From assembly GCA_002269645.1 (NCBI GenBank), contig NIVC01002986.1:1-64000 (forward strand): 64,000 nucleotides of DNA, read 5' to 3'. Positions 11,330-24,448 of the stretch are shown here, one piece after another; the first letter of the stretch is position 1; the number at the start of each line of letters is the position of its first letter. Source of the DNA: Macrostomum lignano. Lineage: Eukaryota. The notes beneath the pieces are model-generated. The model searched no databases. It saw only the letters and a program-made list of their open reading frames with translations, and had not been told where the DNA came from. The position numbers and the translations under genes are program-made.

Positions 11330-12532
11330 ATGGACCAAGCGACGACTCCGTCATCGGTAACCAGCGACAGCTTTGGCCTTGACCGCTTTTTCCACAGACT
11401 GATGCTTTGCTTGCTAGGCCTTACCGGATTGGTCTCAATTGCTGGGAACAGTCTGCTGATGAAGGCCATTCTCGCTACTCGCAGAGAGCGCCGTAGTCAA
11501 ATCGCTTCGTTGCTAATGAATTTGTGCGGCTGCGACTTAGCCATCGGCGCCCTGGTAGTTCCAATCACAGCCTACCCGTTTATACAGTTCAACTGGAGTC
11601 TTGGCGAGCCAGCCTGCATGTTTGCCTGCTTTGGCAGCGTCTGGCTGATGATCGCCTCTGTCTTTACCTTGACGGCCATCAGTATGCGACGATGCCATGG
11701 CGTCGTGCGTGTAGCTCGAGGCGATGCAGCGGATGCTCAGGAGTCCGGCTTGGGGAGCTTGGCGCTCATCTGGATCCTGGCCGCTGTCTCAGCCCTGCCA
11801 AATGCCGTCAACTACCGTCTGGTGCCTTGCCAGGGCCTTGAAGCCAACGATTCAAATCTTAACGATAGTATCGTCTTTTGCTGCGAGGACAGCTGGAAAC
11901 GCAGCCTGGAGTTGCTTGGATTCGGCAACAACCCTCGTCCGGAAGTTGAGCTGGCAGCTCGAACTATTTATTCAATCTTTATCGTACTCGCAATGCTGCT
12001 GACACCGTTGAGCATCATTACAACAGCTTACCGACGCATCTGTCGTCAAGTTTCCAGCATTGGCCAGAGTCTGCGCGCGCTTGATCAACCAAGGTGTCGC
12101 AACAATCGTTTTAGACAAGATCGGATCGCCCGGTCAAGACGAATTTTTCGACTGTCCGTTGTGCTGACCGGCCTGTTTGCTGTCTGCTGGGAGCCGGCTC
12201 ATCTTTGGAATTTTGCAGCCGATCTCTGCCTACTGGTGATAGTTCTTGGACCTGACCAGCAGCTGCTGCTGCAGCAGCAGTGGCACCTATCGTTTGCCAA
12301 GGACGCCTATCTTGTGATTATGTGGCTAGCTCTGACCAATTCGGCTATTAATCCAGTTTTCCTATTCACCACCGACTCTACATATCGAGCTTGGCTACTG
12401 CGTCAGTTTCGTCGTAACCGCCGTAACCATAGTGACAATGGCAGGCCCGTCGTTAGTTTCAGCCTGGACCGGGACGCAGCTGGGACGCCAATACGGCTGC
12501 AGGTACTGCGGCGGGCCACAGTGGTAGAATAG
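11330..12532 (+). CDS. Intronless rhodopsin-family (class A) GPCR, neuropeptide-receptor-like, 400 aa
   Basis: First ATG at 11330 in the 11285-12532 ORF. Seven hydrophobic segments carry TM1 GN, TM2 NLCGCDL, an ECL1 W and TM3 Cys, TM4 W..P, an ECL2 Cys, TM5 P...Y, TM6 FAVCWEP and TM7 NSAINP. Confidence 0.92.
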   Translation: MDQATTPSSVTSDSFGLDRFFHRLMLCLLGLTGLVSIAGNSLLMKAILATRRERRSQIASLLMNLCGCDLAIGALVVPITAYPFIQFNWSLGEPACMFACFGSVWLMIASVFTLTAISMRRCHGVVRVARGDAADAQESGLGSLALIWILAAVSALPNAVNYRLVPCQGLEANDSNLNDSIVFCCEDSWKRSLELLGFGNNPRPEVELAARTIYSIFIVLAMLLTPLSIITTAYRRICRQVSSIGQSLRALDQPRCRNNRFRQDRIARSRRIFRLSVVLTGLFAVCWEPAHLWNFAADLCLLVIVLGPDQQLLLQQQWHLSFAKDAYLVIMWLALTNSAINPVFLFTTDSTYRAWLLRQFRRNRRNHSDNGRPVVSFSLDRDAAGTPIRLQVLRRATVVE

Positions 12533-14299
12533 TTGGATTGTTTGAATTACTTTGGTAAAATACAACGGTTTTAAATATTATCATCAATTGTGTTCACCCG
12601 ACGAACCCGAGAAACAAACACAAAGACAAATCAATAATTAAATTCTTGCAAAATTATGTACGAACTTTTGAGTGCATATAACTTTTTTTGTCCCATTATG
12701 CGAGCGCAATCTAGTTTGGATGACCAAGAAAATCACATTTTAATACCCTGTTGTTGCAGTTGCTTTGTCAAATTGTGCGCCTCTGAGTTTTTTGCGGCTT
12801 ATTTACAGTTCTAAGATGACTTTTATCTATTAATCTGCCCTCAAATGAAATCCTCTTTACCATGCGTCATGTTATATATAATCAAAATTTAATATGTATA
12901 GATGTGTATTACGTATTTATATATATAGCTAATTAAGTTTCTGGGCAGCCTCCCAGATCCCCAGTTGTTGACGTGTAAATACAATGTAATGCTTGCTGTT
13001 ATCGCAGTGTCAGCTATGGCACCGTTATACTGTTGCGAAAAATATACCTTTTCAAGCTCGACTTTGGCAAAAGTGACTTCAATTTTGGCAGCCCATAGAC
13101 AAAGCATACGCCTGCCAGCAACATGTCCATGGTCAACTGTGGTAGAATCGGTTAAAGTACGAGCTATAATCGCATGAGAGTGAGCTAGTATACTGATGCT
13201 AACAACTTTTTGCAAGTGTTGTCACTTGAAATGTGTCGAGAAAATATCAAAAAAAACTTTTGTGTTTAGTTTGTAAAACTGAAGTCGAAAGTAGTACGTA
13301 TAGTGCATTGTGATTAATCCAAAAACACAAATACATACGCTCGTACCAGAAACATGATCTCCCTCGTGTTTTTATTTTGGTAATTGTTATGTGCAAATTT
13401 AACTCAGACTGGAGCTCGATATTAATTTTGATTTTCATATTTTTTAAGATTCGAGATAATATAGTGTAATTGGCCATGTGGATGAAGAAATCTAATTCCG
13501 TGCAAACGTTCTGACGTCCAACCGAATGCCAAAAGTACCCAACATCAATGGACGTAGCTGCCAAGTACAGTGTAGGTTTTTAACACTATATACACCGGGT
13601 CGACGGGTAACGATGTTATACGTCGTCTAAAGGTTGGTGTAACATAAAAAAGTCGGCTGACGATGCTGTCGTCTACTACAAGACATTTTCTGTTTAAATT
13701 GTTGTATGGCAATTTATTTCTAATCTAATTGCCCCTTTTTCGACTGTCCGATTCCCTCGAGAATTTAATCCCTAATACGTGCCACCGACCAAACCTGACT
13801 TTAAGCAAATTCCTTTGACTATAAGACGAGTACAGTGTATGTCAAGGCCTGGTCAGTGCACCCTTCTTCAGCCTGTGTACTGTACATGTATATATGACCC
13901 ATTGTCAATGTGCAACCCGTCACATAGACTCAGATGTCTCATCAATGTAGACATTATTTCAGCACACCACCTTTGGTTTTGCCATTAAAGCAATTCTAAT
14001 CTATCAAACATGGGAATTAAAGAGAACAAAATAACGCACGAGTCACAACAAAGCAATGAAGCAGAGAGGGACACACAGTTGCAGGAGAGTGCTGTTGAGT
14101 GACGGGAAGGAATCTGAACATTAAAATTTGAAAGCGTTCGAAGAAAAAAGCCTCTTGTACCGGTTCTAATTAAGCGCCCTAAAAGAGGGAAAGAGTTGCT
14201 CTACTTATTTTCAAGAACATTATGAGCCATACTAGAGTTAATACGAAAAAGCGCTGCGAATCAAACTAACCCGAGGTCGGATGCACGATCCTCTTTCAT

Positions 14300-14891
14300 C
14301 TGTGAATACGATGTTCAAAAAGCCTTCACCAAGACGCTTCATTTGCTATATCCTGAGTTGTTCCATAGGCTACGAATGTATGTCCACTGCGTTCAGGCTG
14401 TGTTTTCACTGGCAGATGTGCAAAAATGAGTAAGGGCTATGTTCATCGGGTCCTATTTCCCCATTTAAGTCCCATCCTCCCTATCTCTTTATATACATGT
14501 AGACCTTGTCCCGGTCAAATACTTCTGTGGAAACATTTAATCTGTCCGGATTTTTTCGTCCTGGACGAAGAAACGATTTATTTGATGATATAGCAGCAAT
14601 CAGAACCATTATTTTCATTACAAAAAACTTTAACAAGACAGTCCAGATCCGATTCGCTCATCTTAATGCAGCTCCTTGAGCACCATCAGTCCACGTTGAT
14701 CACCAAACGGCAAATGCCCACTGTCTCTTCTCGTTGTGCCATTCCGTAAACGTGTCGATCACCCAAGCAGCTCTCTTTTTAGTATAGCTTCTTAGCACAC
14801 AGCCATTGATAACAGCCGAAAGCTCATCTTCTGACGTAAAACGAAGCGGGAGGTCTTGTTGATTTCTCCGTATGGTTTCGTCCGTAAACAT
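14300..14891 (-). pseudogene. Crypton/DUF3504-like tyrosine-recombinase element remnant
   Basis: Minus-strand fragments read RFTSEDELSAVINGCVLRSYTKKRAAWVIDTFTEW, then MSESDLDCLV/LKFFV...LIAAISS...LNVSTEVF, then LRI*QMKRLGEG. The order and look match the N-terminal TxxxTxWAxxxFxxW, LxxFY and GxG blocks of Crypton-A-type proteins. Stops and frameshifts are present. Confidence 0.4.
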
Positions 14892-16894
14892 TGAATGACA
14901 GAGAAAAAATTGTCATTCATTCTGACGGCCATAGATAAATGCATAAACGGAAGATATTTTATACGAGCGTTATACTTCTTTCCTTCATCTTCGTCAATGT
15001 CACAACCTAGAGCTACATGTACCCGGAATGCACGATGACAATTCAAGACATAACAATTCAAACGCTGATCTAATGACCACTTTGAAATTGTGGTTGAAAT
15101 AGTATCATTATAGTATTTTCTGGCATAAATATGACAACAGAGTCGTCTCGCATTTTATATTTCAGTAACAGTGTGAATTGATATCTGGTGGACTCAAGCA
15201 GAAGAATAACGATGCAGTCCGACTTTAATCGGAAAAGCGGATCATATTCGTCCTCCATATGCCTGGCGGAGGAATCTGCTGGTAACCTCATCTTGTTCAA
15301 GCTGATTTTTAACTTTTTAAGTCTTTAACTTTTTATCTCTTCTGATGCTAAATATATGTATCTTGTGCACCAATTCTTCGCCTCCAAATACCCTCCTGCT
15401 GTTTAAATCGCGCCGTCTCTTCGGTCGGCAAATCGGAAAGATCGGAAACATTTCTCCCGACAGATTGGAATAATCATGTTTAGAACGCAAGTACCGCCTA
15501 ATTTTGACAGAGTTGAAATGTTTTGCTAGACAGGTTTTGCAGTTTAGACATTCTATTGCAAAAGAGATCCAATATTTTTTTGCATAATGAAACAATGGGC
15601 ACAGTACAAGCTCCAAGCTTTAAGCCTCAAAGTTTTTTGAAAAAATTACCATTATGCCGAGTATACTCGTAATTGCATGTTTTGTCTAATTGATCCGATA
15701 TTGAATAACTATTAGAAAGCAATTTGAAAGAAAGATTCGTTGCGGTCGTTATTTTATAGAAGGATGTACATGTTAGCTATACTTATATCTTTGCGAATGG
15801 ATGGGGCTGTAGCAAGTAGAGGACGCATTTCAAATTGTAACCTTCCTGCAGCATCTCCATATGGCGAATTTCGGTAAACCTGAGAACAATATAATTAGCC
15901 TAGTAAATTCAAAGTCACGAGCTCGCATTAAAACTAAGTGAATGAGGTTTACGCATTCACGTGACTATGATCTAATGCAAATTTCTGCTTCGAACCTGTT
16001 AGAAATGCGTGTTAACGACAGATTTTTCCAAATATACATGTAAATTTTAGTGACAGCTTGAGTCCTGAGCGCGTCAAGGTTAGTTCGTGGACAATTGAAG
16101 TGGAACGCTACAGAAATATTTTCTTAGAAAGTAGACGCCGGAAAGGAATGTATTTATTTGTCGTATCGCCAATGCATGCATTTAGTACACCATTTTACCC
16201 TCGATTTTGAACAAGGAGAACTTCGAAACCGACAAACTCCTCTTCAATATTGACACTCCATGGTCGGGCACTCAAAATCTACAATCAATATTGAAAGATC
16301 AAGCTTCATTTGACAAACCCTGGTTCATTTTGACAATACACGTTTCGTCAACTTCTCCTGGGAAGAATTCGGTAACAAAGTGATCCAATAAAAGCCTGAA
16401 CGGCGCGAAGTTATTTGAGCAAAATCAGCTCATTCTGACCTTGCTTTTGGGATCCAACAAGTATTGATAAAGTTTATTTTTCTCCATCCTCTTATTCACA
16501 CAGACTAAAATAGCCTGACTGGTTGGGCCGCAAAGTCCGATTCCATTTTGACAGAGTTGCTTCAAAATTGACACTTTATGGTTTGTGTACTCCAAAAGTC
16601 TGCTTCATTTTCGACAACTCCTAATCAATATTGAACAATTTACAACCAGTTTTGACTAAAAGACTTTTTGATTAAGATTTTGAAAATTCTAACTAAAAAT
16701 CGTTAAGGTTGGAAATTTCAATGCAGTATTTTGTCTATGGCAGTTTGTTTTTTGTCTTTGTCATGAGGCAGCCTGCGCCTCGAATCTAATTGGCTACTGC
16801 TTCAGTGTTTATCATAGATGGTTGGTCAGACCAACACATGCACATATTGTCACGGAGGAATTCAAAAGAGTAGAATAGCAGTTCTCGCTTTGCT

Positions 16895-17292
16895 CGTGTT
16901 TGGGCTTGGCTGTGGCACGCGGTGGACGCTGACGGCTACTCTAGAGCGGCAGCTGGACTCAGCGCAATCAGGGCTGCTCCGTGCGGCATTTCGAGCTGAC
17001 GAGAGCGTCGGGACCGAGGCCCTGTACGATTGGGCCAAGCTGCAGCGCCCGTCCATCATCCTGCGCCGGCGGCGACTTCAACTGGCGGGCCACGTGATCC
17101 GGGCCGAGGACTAATGCCCCCAACCTGTTCAGGACGTCCTGCTGCTCACCTTGCAGGGCCCGTTCAGGCAGGTCAGGTCCAAACCCGTCGTCGATACGTG
17201 GACTGCCTCCTACGCAACGCCAGGGCACCCAACACTGCCAACGGGGCTGCATCATATTTTGTTGTGTTGTTGTTGTTGCTGTTGTTGTTTTG
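16895..17292 (+). mobile_element. 3' fragment of an RTE-like LINE with (TGT)n tail
   Basis: Reads GCGTRWTLTATLERQLDSAQSGLLRAAFRADESVGTEALYDWAKLQRPSIILRRRRLQLAGHVIRAED*CPQPVQDVLLLTLQGPF, then frameshifts to RRYVDCLL. This is a typical RTE post-RT C-terminus, followed by ttgttgttg repeats at ~17258-17292. Confidence 0.8.
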
Positions 17293-17299
17293 TATCTAT

Positions 17300-17395
17300 G
17301 AGACTTTTTTGTGGAAAAATCTCGGTGGGAAAAAATTGGTGGTAAAAGCTCGGTGGGAAAATTTAGTGGGACAAACTCGGAAATGTTTAGTGGCG
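17300..17395. repeat. Decayed copy of the 9156-9290 foldback-family subrepeat
   Basis: aaatctcggtgggaaaaa...aaagctcggtgggaaaa matches the reverse complement of ttttcccgccgagattt/cccgccgagctttt, with CG to TG changes. Confidence 0.5.
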
Positions 17396-19300
17396 CTAAT
17401 GTTAATACGAGTTCATAATATTCACTGTCAAAGCTGTCAAGTATAAAGAAGTAGAATTGCTTCAGTTTGCAAAAATGCTCTCTGCAGCTAAATGAAATCT
17501 TAACAACAAAAACGTAACCACATTTAATAGACATTGTCAGAGATATTGGCAGGTATAGCTTAACAAATTCCACTTAAGGCCGTTCATACCAATGTCTATT
17601 GAAGAACTTATGACTTCAAAAATATTCGCTTTGCCTTCAGCTCTTCTACTTTCAATATCTGCAGATTATTAAAGTAGCTAAGGGTCGGATTGCCGTCGCG
17701 AGCTGCAGATAATGGCATCACGTGTTGTTTTTCTGTCGATCGATCCCCTGTGAGTAGGCGAAATTCAGATAGAACTTGATTTCGAGGGTCCTTTTTAATT
17801 AGTAGGCGGCGTTGGTAGCTATAATTACCTCTGTCTGCCGCGCCCCCGGAACGGAGAGCATCCGGTAAGTGAAGTCGTAAATAGGGGCGTCGTAAAATAT
17901 TTCTGTAAATCTTGGGTCACATGTTGGCTGAACGTCGGTGTAAATGTAAAAGTACATATCTGTCATCGATTTCGATAAGCGTCGGATTGCTGTGCGGATA
18001 TGCATATGTACATGTAACTCTTATTAACAGGTAGCTACATGTGAAAAGGAGAATGAAGTATAGATAATAATGATTATAGTAATATACATGTATTCTATGC
18101 AATTCCTGCGCCCGTTTAGACAACAAAATACTCGATCGAATCCAATTCCGTATAGTTTCACTTACACCACCACACTTTCTATAGCTAGTAGTTGCTGTGT
18201 GATACTCATCTCATTGCAGCACACGATACGTGCAGGTATTTACAGGTACTTACTGTGTCGCGAAAAAGTCTTTGGGTTGAAAGTGCTTGCGAGTGTTAGT
18301 AGACACGACTAAAAGGAGGACGAGCACTTAAATCGCCAGAAGGTCAGGCTGTGCCATGTGCACAAAAATGCAGTTGTCATATGAAAAAGCAGATTTTCGG
18401 TTCACCTAATGCGCTCAAAGAGGTGAGCATCCCGGAGCTTGTGGTGCTGAAGGGAGGCTGGGTCGGGTTGCAAAGCTCAACAATTATCATAAAATTCAGC
18501 AAGTTCGGTATCGTTTGTTCTGTTTTATTTAATTCCGTCTTCTACAGTACTTAGTGCTCTCTGGTGGGGCGATAATAATGTGCAGCTTGGCGAAAAATTG
18601 TAATAACCTAGCACTTCAACACACATGCCGTCTGCAGCAGCGATGCATGTGCAAGTTGCAATGCATGTATTTATTGGTATCATCGCCTCAGTTACAGTAT
18701 ATCGCTATGACAACAGCGGAATAATATGCGCGGGGGTGAACTGAAACACAGCTAATAGACAGCGGCATTTCCGCGATTGTCCCCCACAAGGCCCCCAATC
18801 GTCGATCCGGCCCCAGCTATGCTAGGTGGCCGGGTGCTCTCGCCAAGAGTTTCGCCGGTGCTCCCGGCCCCCAGTTATTTTTCCACCCCGGCACTATAAT
18901 ACATGTAGACTAGATCACGTACCACACGTCATGGAAGTAACGCGTATACATGTACAGTACATGTATGTACGTAAGGACGACGTCCTTGCATGTGTACGTA
19001 CCACATGTAACTTCTAGTGGCCTTTGAGGTCTAGGTCCATGACCTGCATGTGCACATGGTAGTATGTTATACACGTACATAGTAAACGATTAGTTGGCAG
19101 TAATTAAAAAATGGCTACGTAAATGTAAATAATATGTGGTACTCGTATACGTAATCTACTACGCGGTACATGCAGTATACTACAATTTTACATTGGGTCT
19201 GTACCGGTAAAATTCACTTGTTTCAAAATAGTCACCACGTCCCAAGTTGCATTTTACAGATGTATCATATCATTTGATATATGCGCATTCATAAGTAGTT

Positions 19301-21297
19301 TGTAGCGTAAAGTATCAATCTTGGAAAGTACATGCAGACTAGATTTATTTTTAGAATTAGAATTTTCGAGAAATTACTTTTTTAGTGCAAAGTTAAAGTT
19401 TATTCCAGAAATTTCCTTTAGTTTAATTAGATGTTAGTTTTACTGCTTAATATTAGGTATAAAATTTATTGTTGTCATATTTATTAATGCATTTGTACGG
19501 TAGTGTTACGTAATAGCATTTAAAATATTTAATTTTGTTGTAACTAACGAAACTTCTAGAAATTTCCGGTTATACTCAGTTCAGTACTATAAATAAACGT
19601 AACCTAAGTACTTCAACTCTTTAAGTGATTCTTTTCATTCAGCAAACACAGAACCACCGCCTTTGCTCTTTATCTTCATCAACCATTCTTTACAACTGGT
19701 CCGGCGAGGCGCCGAAGCCCCGTCAGGGGCAGGACAGCAAACCAACATGTAAAAATATCGCCTGAACTTTCGCCCGTCATCATCACCGTCAACACATCGC
19801 ATGTACCATGGTCAACAACGCCTCACAATCCACACAGCAATCATCCGATTCCGCAGCAACTCCACAGCAACGCAGGACTCCTTCGACGACCTATATCAAC
19901 CAAGCCAACACGGGCTAAAAAAGGCCTATCGACCGAGCTTCCTGCACCGATCCAGCATCTCCAAGAGCCTTCAACCGAAGCAGTTCCGACCAACATCACC
20001 GGGGAGTCACCATTTCAAAGGCCTAACACAAGGTCAGCCGACAAACCGGTGATCGTCCCGGCCGCACCGTCGCATTACATCCGCAGTTTCCGGCCGCAGC
20101 CCACCTCATGCGCTCCCTCTGTGCTGCCCAGCCGCAGAGCGACTGCCCGCCGTCGTCCCCCGCCGTAGTCCAGGGAGTCGTCTGTCTGCAACTCGGCAAC
20201 TTCCGTAGGTCGCACCAGCCCCAGCGCCATTCCGCCATTCTGGAGCAACGCAGGAGGACGCACGAGTGGACCAGCCGCCGTTCCATTCGACACATCTACC
20301 ACGAATTAAGCGACATCACCACATTCAGCCAGCCATCATCACCGCCACGAAACCATCAACATCGACATCCGTCTCGTGCGCTTCGCCTGGTACCCTCGGC
20401 CGCAGAGCGACAACCCGCCTTTCTCCGGTTCACCTCCTCCAGGGTGTCGTCTGTCTGCATCCGGCAACACCCAGTTAGGTCCCACGTCCGACAATCCGCC
20501 AACCGGGAGCACCAGTCGAGGACACAAGTGGATCGATCGCCATCACACCAGACACTCCATCGCCGAATCCATTCGAATTGACAGTAACTTATCCTAACCA
20601 TCTGCAACACCGACATCGGCGGCCGAGTACAGTTTAACACAGCCGTCAGCATCCGAGCTGCCATCAGCGTCACCAACTCCGGACCCACCCGCTGCACCCG
20701 CCGTGACAGAGCCGGAAAAGGTGACTAGAAGCGGTCGCCGCGTGAGATTCGCCAGAGACAATGATTTTCATTACTATTGTCATCGCATTTTTCCAATTTT
20801 TTCTCACTTTTCTTTCCTCTCGTTTCCATTGCACCGTACATGTACTGTTTTCATTGTTTCGTTCTTAGTATCAGGGGACTCCGTCTTCCGTGGGGGGAAC
20901 TATTGTAGCGTAAAGTATCAATCTTGGAAAGTACATGTAGACTAGATTTATTTTTAGAATTAGAATTTTCGAGAAATTACTTTTTTAGTGCAAAGGTAAA
21001 GTTTATTCCAGAAATTTCCTTTAGTTTTATTAGATGTTAGTTTTACTGCTTAATATTAGGTATAAAATTTATTGTTGTCATATTTATTAATGCATTTGTA
21101 CGGTAGTGTTACGTAATAGCATTTAAAATATTTAATTTTGTTGTAACTAACGAAACTTCTAGAAATTTCCGGTTATACTCAGTTCAGTACTATAAATAAA
21201 CGTAACCTAAGTACTTCAACTCTTTAAGTGATTCTTTTCATTCAGCAAACACAGAACCACCGCCTTTGCTCTTTATCTTCATCAACCATTCTTTACA
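19301..21297 (+). mobile_element. Non-autonomous LTR retrotransposon (Ty3/Gypsy-derived, TRIM/LARD-like), 1997 bp
   Basis: Two 394-bp LTRs (19301-19694 and 20904-21297) are both TG...CA and differ at about three positions by eye. A 4-bp TSD AGTT is at 19297-19300 and 21298-21301. PBS-like TGGTCCGGCGAG starts at 19697 and a PPT (GGGGGGAAC) precedes the 3' LTR. A pol-terminal-like VTRSGRRVRF peptide is encoded at ~20720-20750. There is no intact gag/pol. Confidence 0.95.
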
Positions 21298-22421
21298 AGT
21301 TAATTGCAGCTATTATATTTGTCGTATTCGATCAACACAAATTATAATTATAATGAAATGATGAAAGTTGCAAATAACTATCCAAATAAGTCTTATCATC
21401 ACAATAACATAGAGCTTTTTATAGCGATGTTAGGCAACCTCACAAAGCTTCTGTTTCGAATTAGATTCTTACGCTGAAACAAGCTTTTACAGAAGTAACT
21501 CAGGCTTTCATCTGCAACTTCGTCACAATGTTGATATCTTTTTTTATGATGTCCCTTTTTAAAATAAAAAAATCGTTGCTTTTTAGTACTTAAAATAGAT
21601 AGCTTTATAAAGTTTTACCTCATATTTCGATTGTTTTGTTATATCAAGGTTAAATCGTTCCTTTATTAAAATTTACGTTTTCTCTGAATTCATGACAATT
21701 CGCTTTGCATCACTGCTTTACAGCCTATACTTCTGGAAGTTGCGCGTTCTGCTGGCACCGCCAACAACACGCTGCCTTCCGACGTCGATAAAACATAGGG
21801 CCTAACTTATTGTCTTTAATAACCACCTGGTTCAACTAAGATTAGAGATACGCTTAGCTAGGCGAAACGTGTTAGCTGTTAGGCCTAGTCTAAAATTTAT
21901 TTTAAAGCTTCTACGTGTAGGCCTTCTAAAAAAACGTAACTTTTAGAACATAGGAGTAGGCCTTCTTTCACTTAGGTCTCAATGGCGGCAATAAAGCTTT
22001 ACAAAGAGATTGTACGCACTCTCATTTCTAAAAAGAGTGCGTCTGTAATAAATCAGCAATTAACGCAATCTGCTAACCCTATTTCGCCAATTTCGGTATG
22101 TTACAGGATTTTTAATCTTATATTGACATGTGTAAGACTATGAAAATAAGTTATAGGCCCTAAGGTTTACATTTGTGTAATTTTTGTAATCAAACATAAA
22201 TTGAATTTCAAGTTTAGCCTTAGTTAAAAGATTTTTGAGATTTTTAAAGATTTTTAAAGATTTTTAAAACTAAAAAAATTTTAGACGATCTTTCAAATAC
22301 CTTACTTATACAAATATCGTAACCTGTATTCATCAATCATGTGAAAATAATCGACCTTTTGAGAAAATATTAAATACATAGAATCATATTGGAAAAAGCA
22401 GGCTCCTTGCCTGAGCCAAAT

Positions 22422-22485
22422 TACTACTACTACTAGGCCCCCTACTACTACTACTAGGCCTACTACTACTACTACTACTACTACT
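22422..22485. repeat. (CTA)n microsatellite
   Basis: Directly visible, interrupted by ggcc. Confidence 0.9.
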
Positions 22486-22571
22486 TGAGTTGAGAGTACA
22501 AGTACAAGACAAGAAACAACTTAGAATTTAGAATTTAGAAATTTAGAAATTTAGAATTTTTGGCTAGTCCC

Positions 22572-23227
22572 TAGTGTTCCACTGTAAGGGGGTCCATGTA
22601 CTGTACCATAGCTGTAGCTATAAGCAAAACTATGGCTTACTCCAATTCTCTGTATTCCGGAGCCGTAAGGACCCCGAAATTACCATATTCCTATAGTTCC
22701 CATAGCCGTAGCCGTAGTTTTAACAAAAAGTCTAAAAAACAAAATATTTTGAATCAAGAAGATAACCTAGGCCTAGGTAGTGCTTAAACAACTGCAAATT
22801 AAATTAAAAAATAAAAGAAACACTTAAATGTCTTAGTAAGATTATATTTCATCTCTTTTCAGAGCAACAATACTTAATCGTTATTGAAAGTACTAATGTT
22901 AAACTTTTTCACATTAATAAAAATTAGAGTTTTAGTGTTTTATTGTACTTTTTTAGGTACATTTTATAAGTTTCTAGGTTGATATACAATTTACTAAAAG
23001 TATCTTTGTTTTACTCTACCTGTTTCTAATATTTTTTCAATTTTTAACATTAATTACTATGGCTACAGGAATCTATAGAAAATGTGGCAGCAACTACCAT
23101 ATTTTCATAGTCGTAGCCATAAGAGCAGCTAGCTACCATAGGTGTATCCGTAGCTGCCATAAGCACCTATTTTATCGTATTTGCCATAGGATCCTGTAGC
23201 CGTAGCTACGGCTACGGCGGAACACTA
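22572..23227. mobile_element. MITE-like element with 15-bp imperfect TIRs
   Basis: Left end tagtgttccactgta versus reverse complement of the right end tagtgttccgccgta; both mismatches are at CpG positions. Internal catagccgtagc subrepeats. No clear TSD apart from a possible TA. Confidence 0.55.
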
Positions 23228-23289
23228 TTTTTGGCCTAGTGCTAGGCCTAGGCCTAATCACTAGACTCTGGAAAGTTACATATATACTG

Positions 23290-23570
23290 GAAAATTTGGG
23301 TTGCTTTCATAAGCTCAAAATTTCACAATCTCGAAATCAGTTACTTTCATAAGCTTGAAATTTCATAACCTCAAAAACCATTCTAGCAGCCACTTTCACA
23401 AACTTGAAACTTCATAAGCTCAAAGTTTCATATCCTTGAAAAATTTAGCAGGTGACTTCACAAGCTCAAAATTTCACAACCTCAAAAACCATTTTGGCAG
23501 CCAACTTTACAAGCTCAAAATTTCATATCCTTGAAAATTTAGCAGGCAATTTCACAAGCTCAAATTACAT
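23290..23570. repeat. Degenerate tandem repeats (ttcataagctcaaaatttcacaa), related to the MITE at 25060
   Basis: Repeated ttcataagct/ttcacaagctcaaaatttca units resemble ttcataagaccgaaatttcacaacgcc after CpG loss. Confidence 0.55.
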
Positions 23571-24448
23571 CTGTTTTTAATATAGTATAATTTTTTTCAA
23601 GGAGCTAGTATAGTATGTATTGAGCCTTTTTTGAGGCTCATTCCATATAAGATGGACATATTTGGAAAATAGAAAAAAGTCAATATTTTTGCTTGCCATT
23701 GCCTAATTAGCCTATTTTTTTACCAAATGTTTATATTGTGCAATATATACAATCTAAGAATAAAGGAATGGTAAAATGTTGGATTAGTATGTTATCAATT
23801 GGCAAAAAGTCATTTTTGTAAAAATTTGGACATTTTTCGAAGCAAAAGACATCATTAAGATTTTGTACCTTTTAAAAACAAATAGAAAGCTTTTGAAGGT
23901 TGAAACAAACTATAGATAAAAGTATAGTACTTGCATCATCAGATAAAAGCATTGGTGACCAAATAATCTATTATATTTTTAATGTATTAGTACCTCAAAG
24001 TTACTGAATTGACAGAAAAAAATATGTTACGACCATCAGTGCTGGGCATTAACTAGTTAATTGTTTAGCTAGTTAATTAACTAGTTAAATTTTTTAAAAA
24101 ATCGTTAAATTTTCGTTAAATTTTTTATGTATTAACTAGTTAACAAAAATCGTTAATTTTTTTCTGTAAGTTAAAGTTAAATGACAAAAGTTAATAATTC
24201 CGGGAAATGGAGTTCCCCGGGTTCAAAATCCGCGGGTTTCAACAGCTTGTATGCCATTAAAAAGTAAAATTAATACATACATAAAATAACTTCGCCTTTC
24301 TAAGCATTATTTAATGCGTCACAAACTATTACATGTATATATTTCAGTTACAAGTTATAATGTATAGAATATTCTGGAAGATTCTGGAATCTTCAACTAT
24401 TATCTATTGATATTCTACCCAAGGACTACTAGAAGTTATCGTTGTTCA

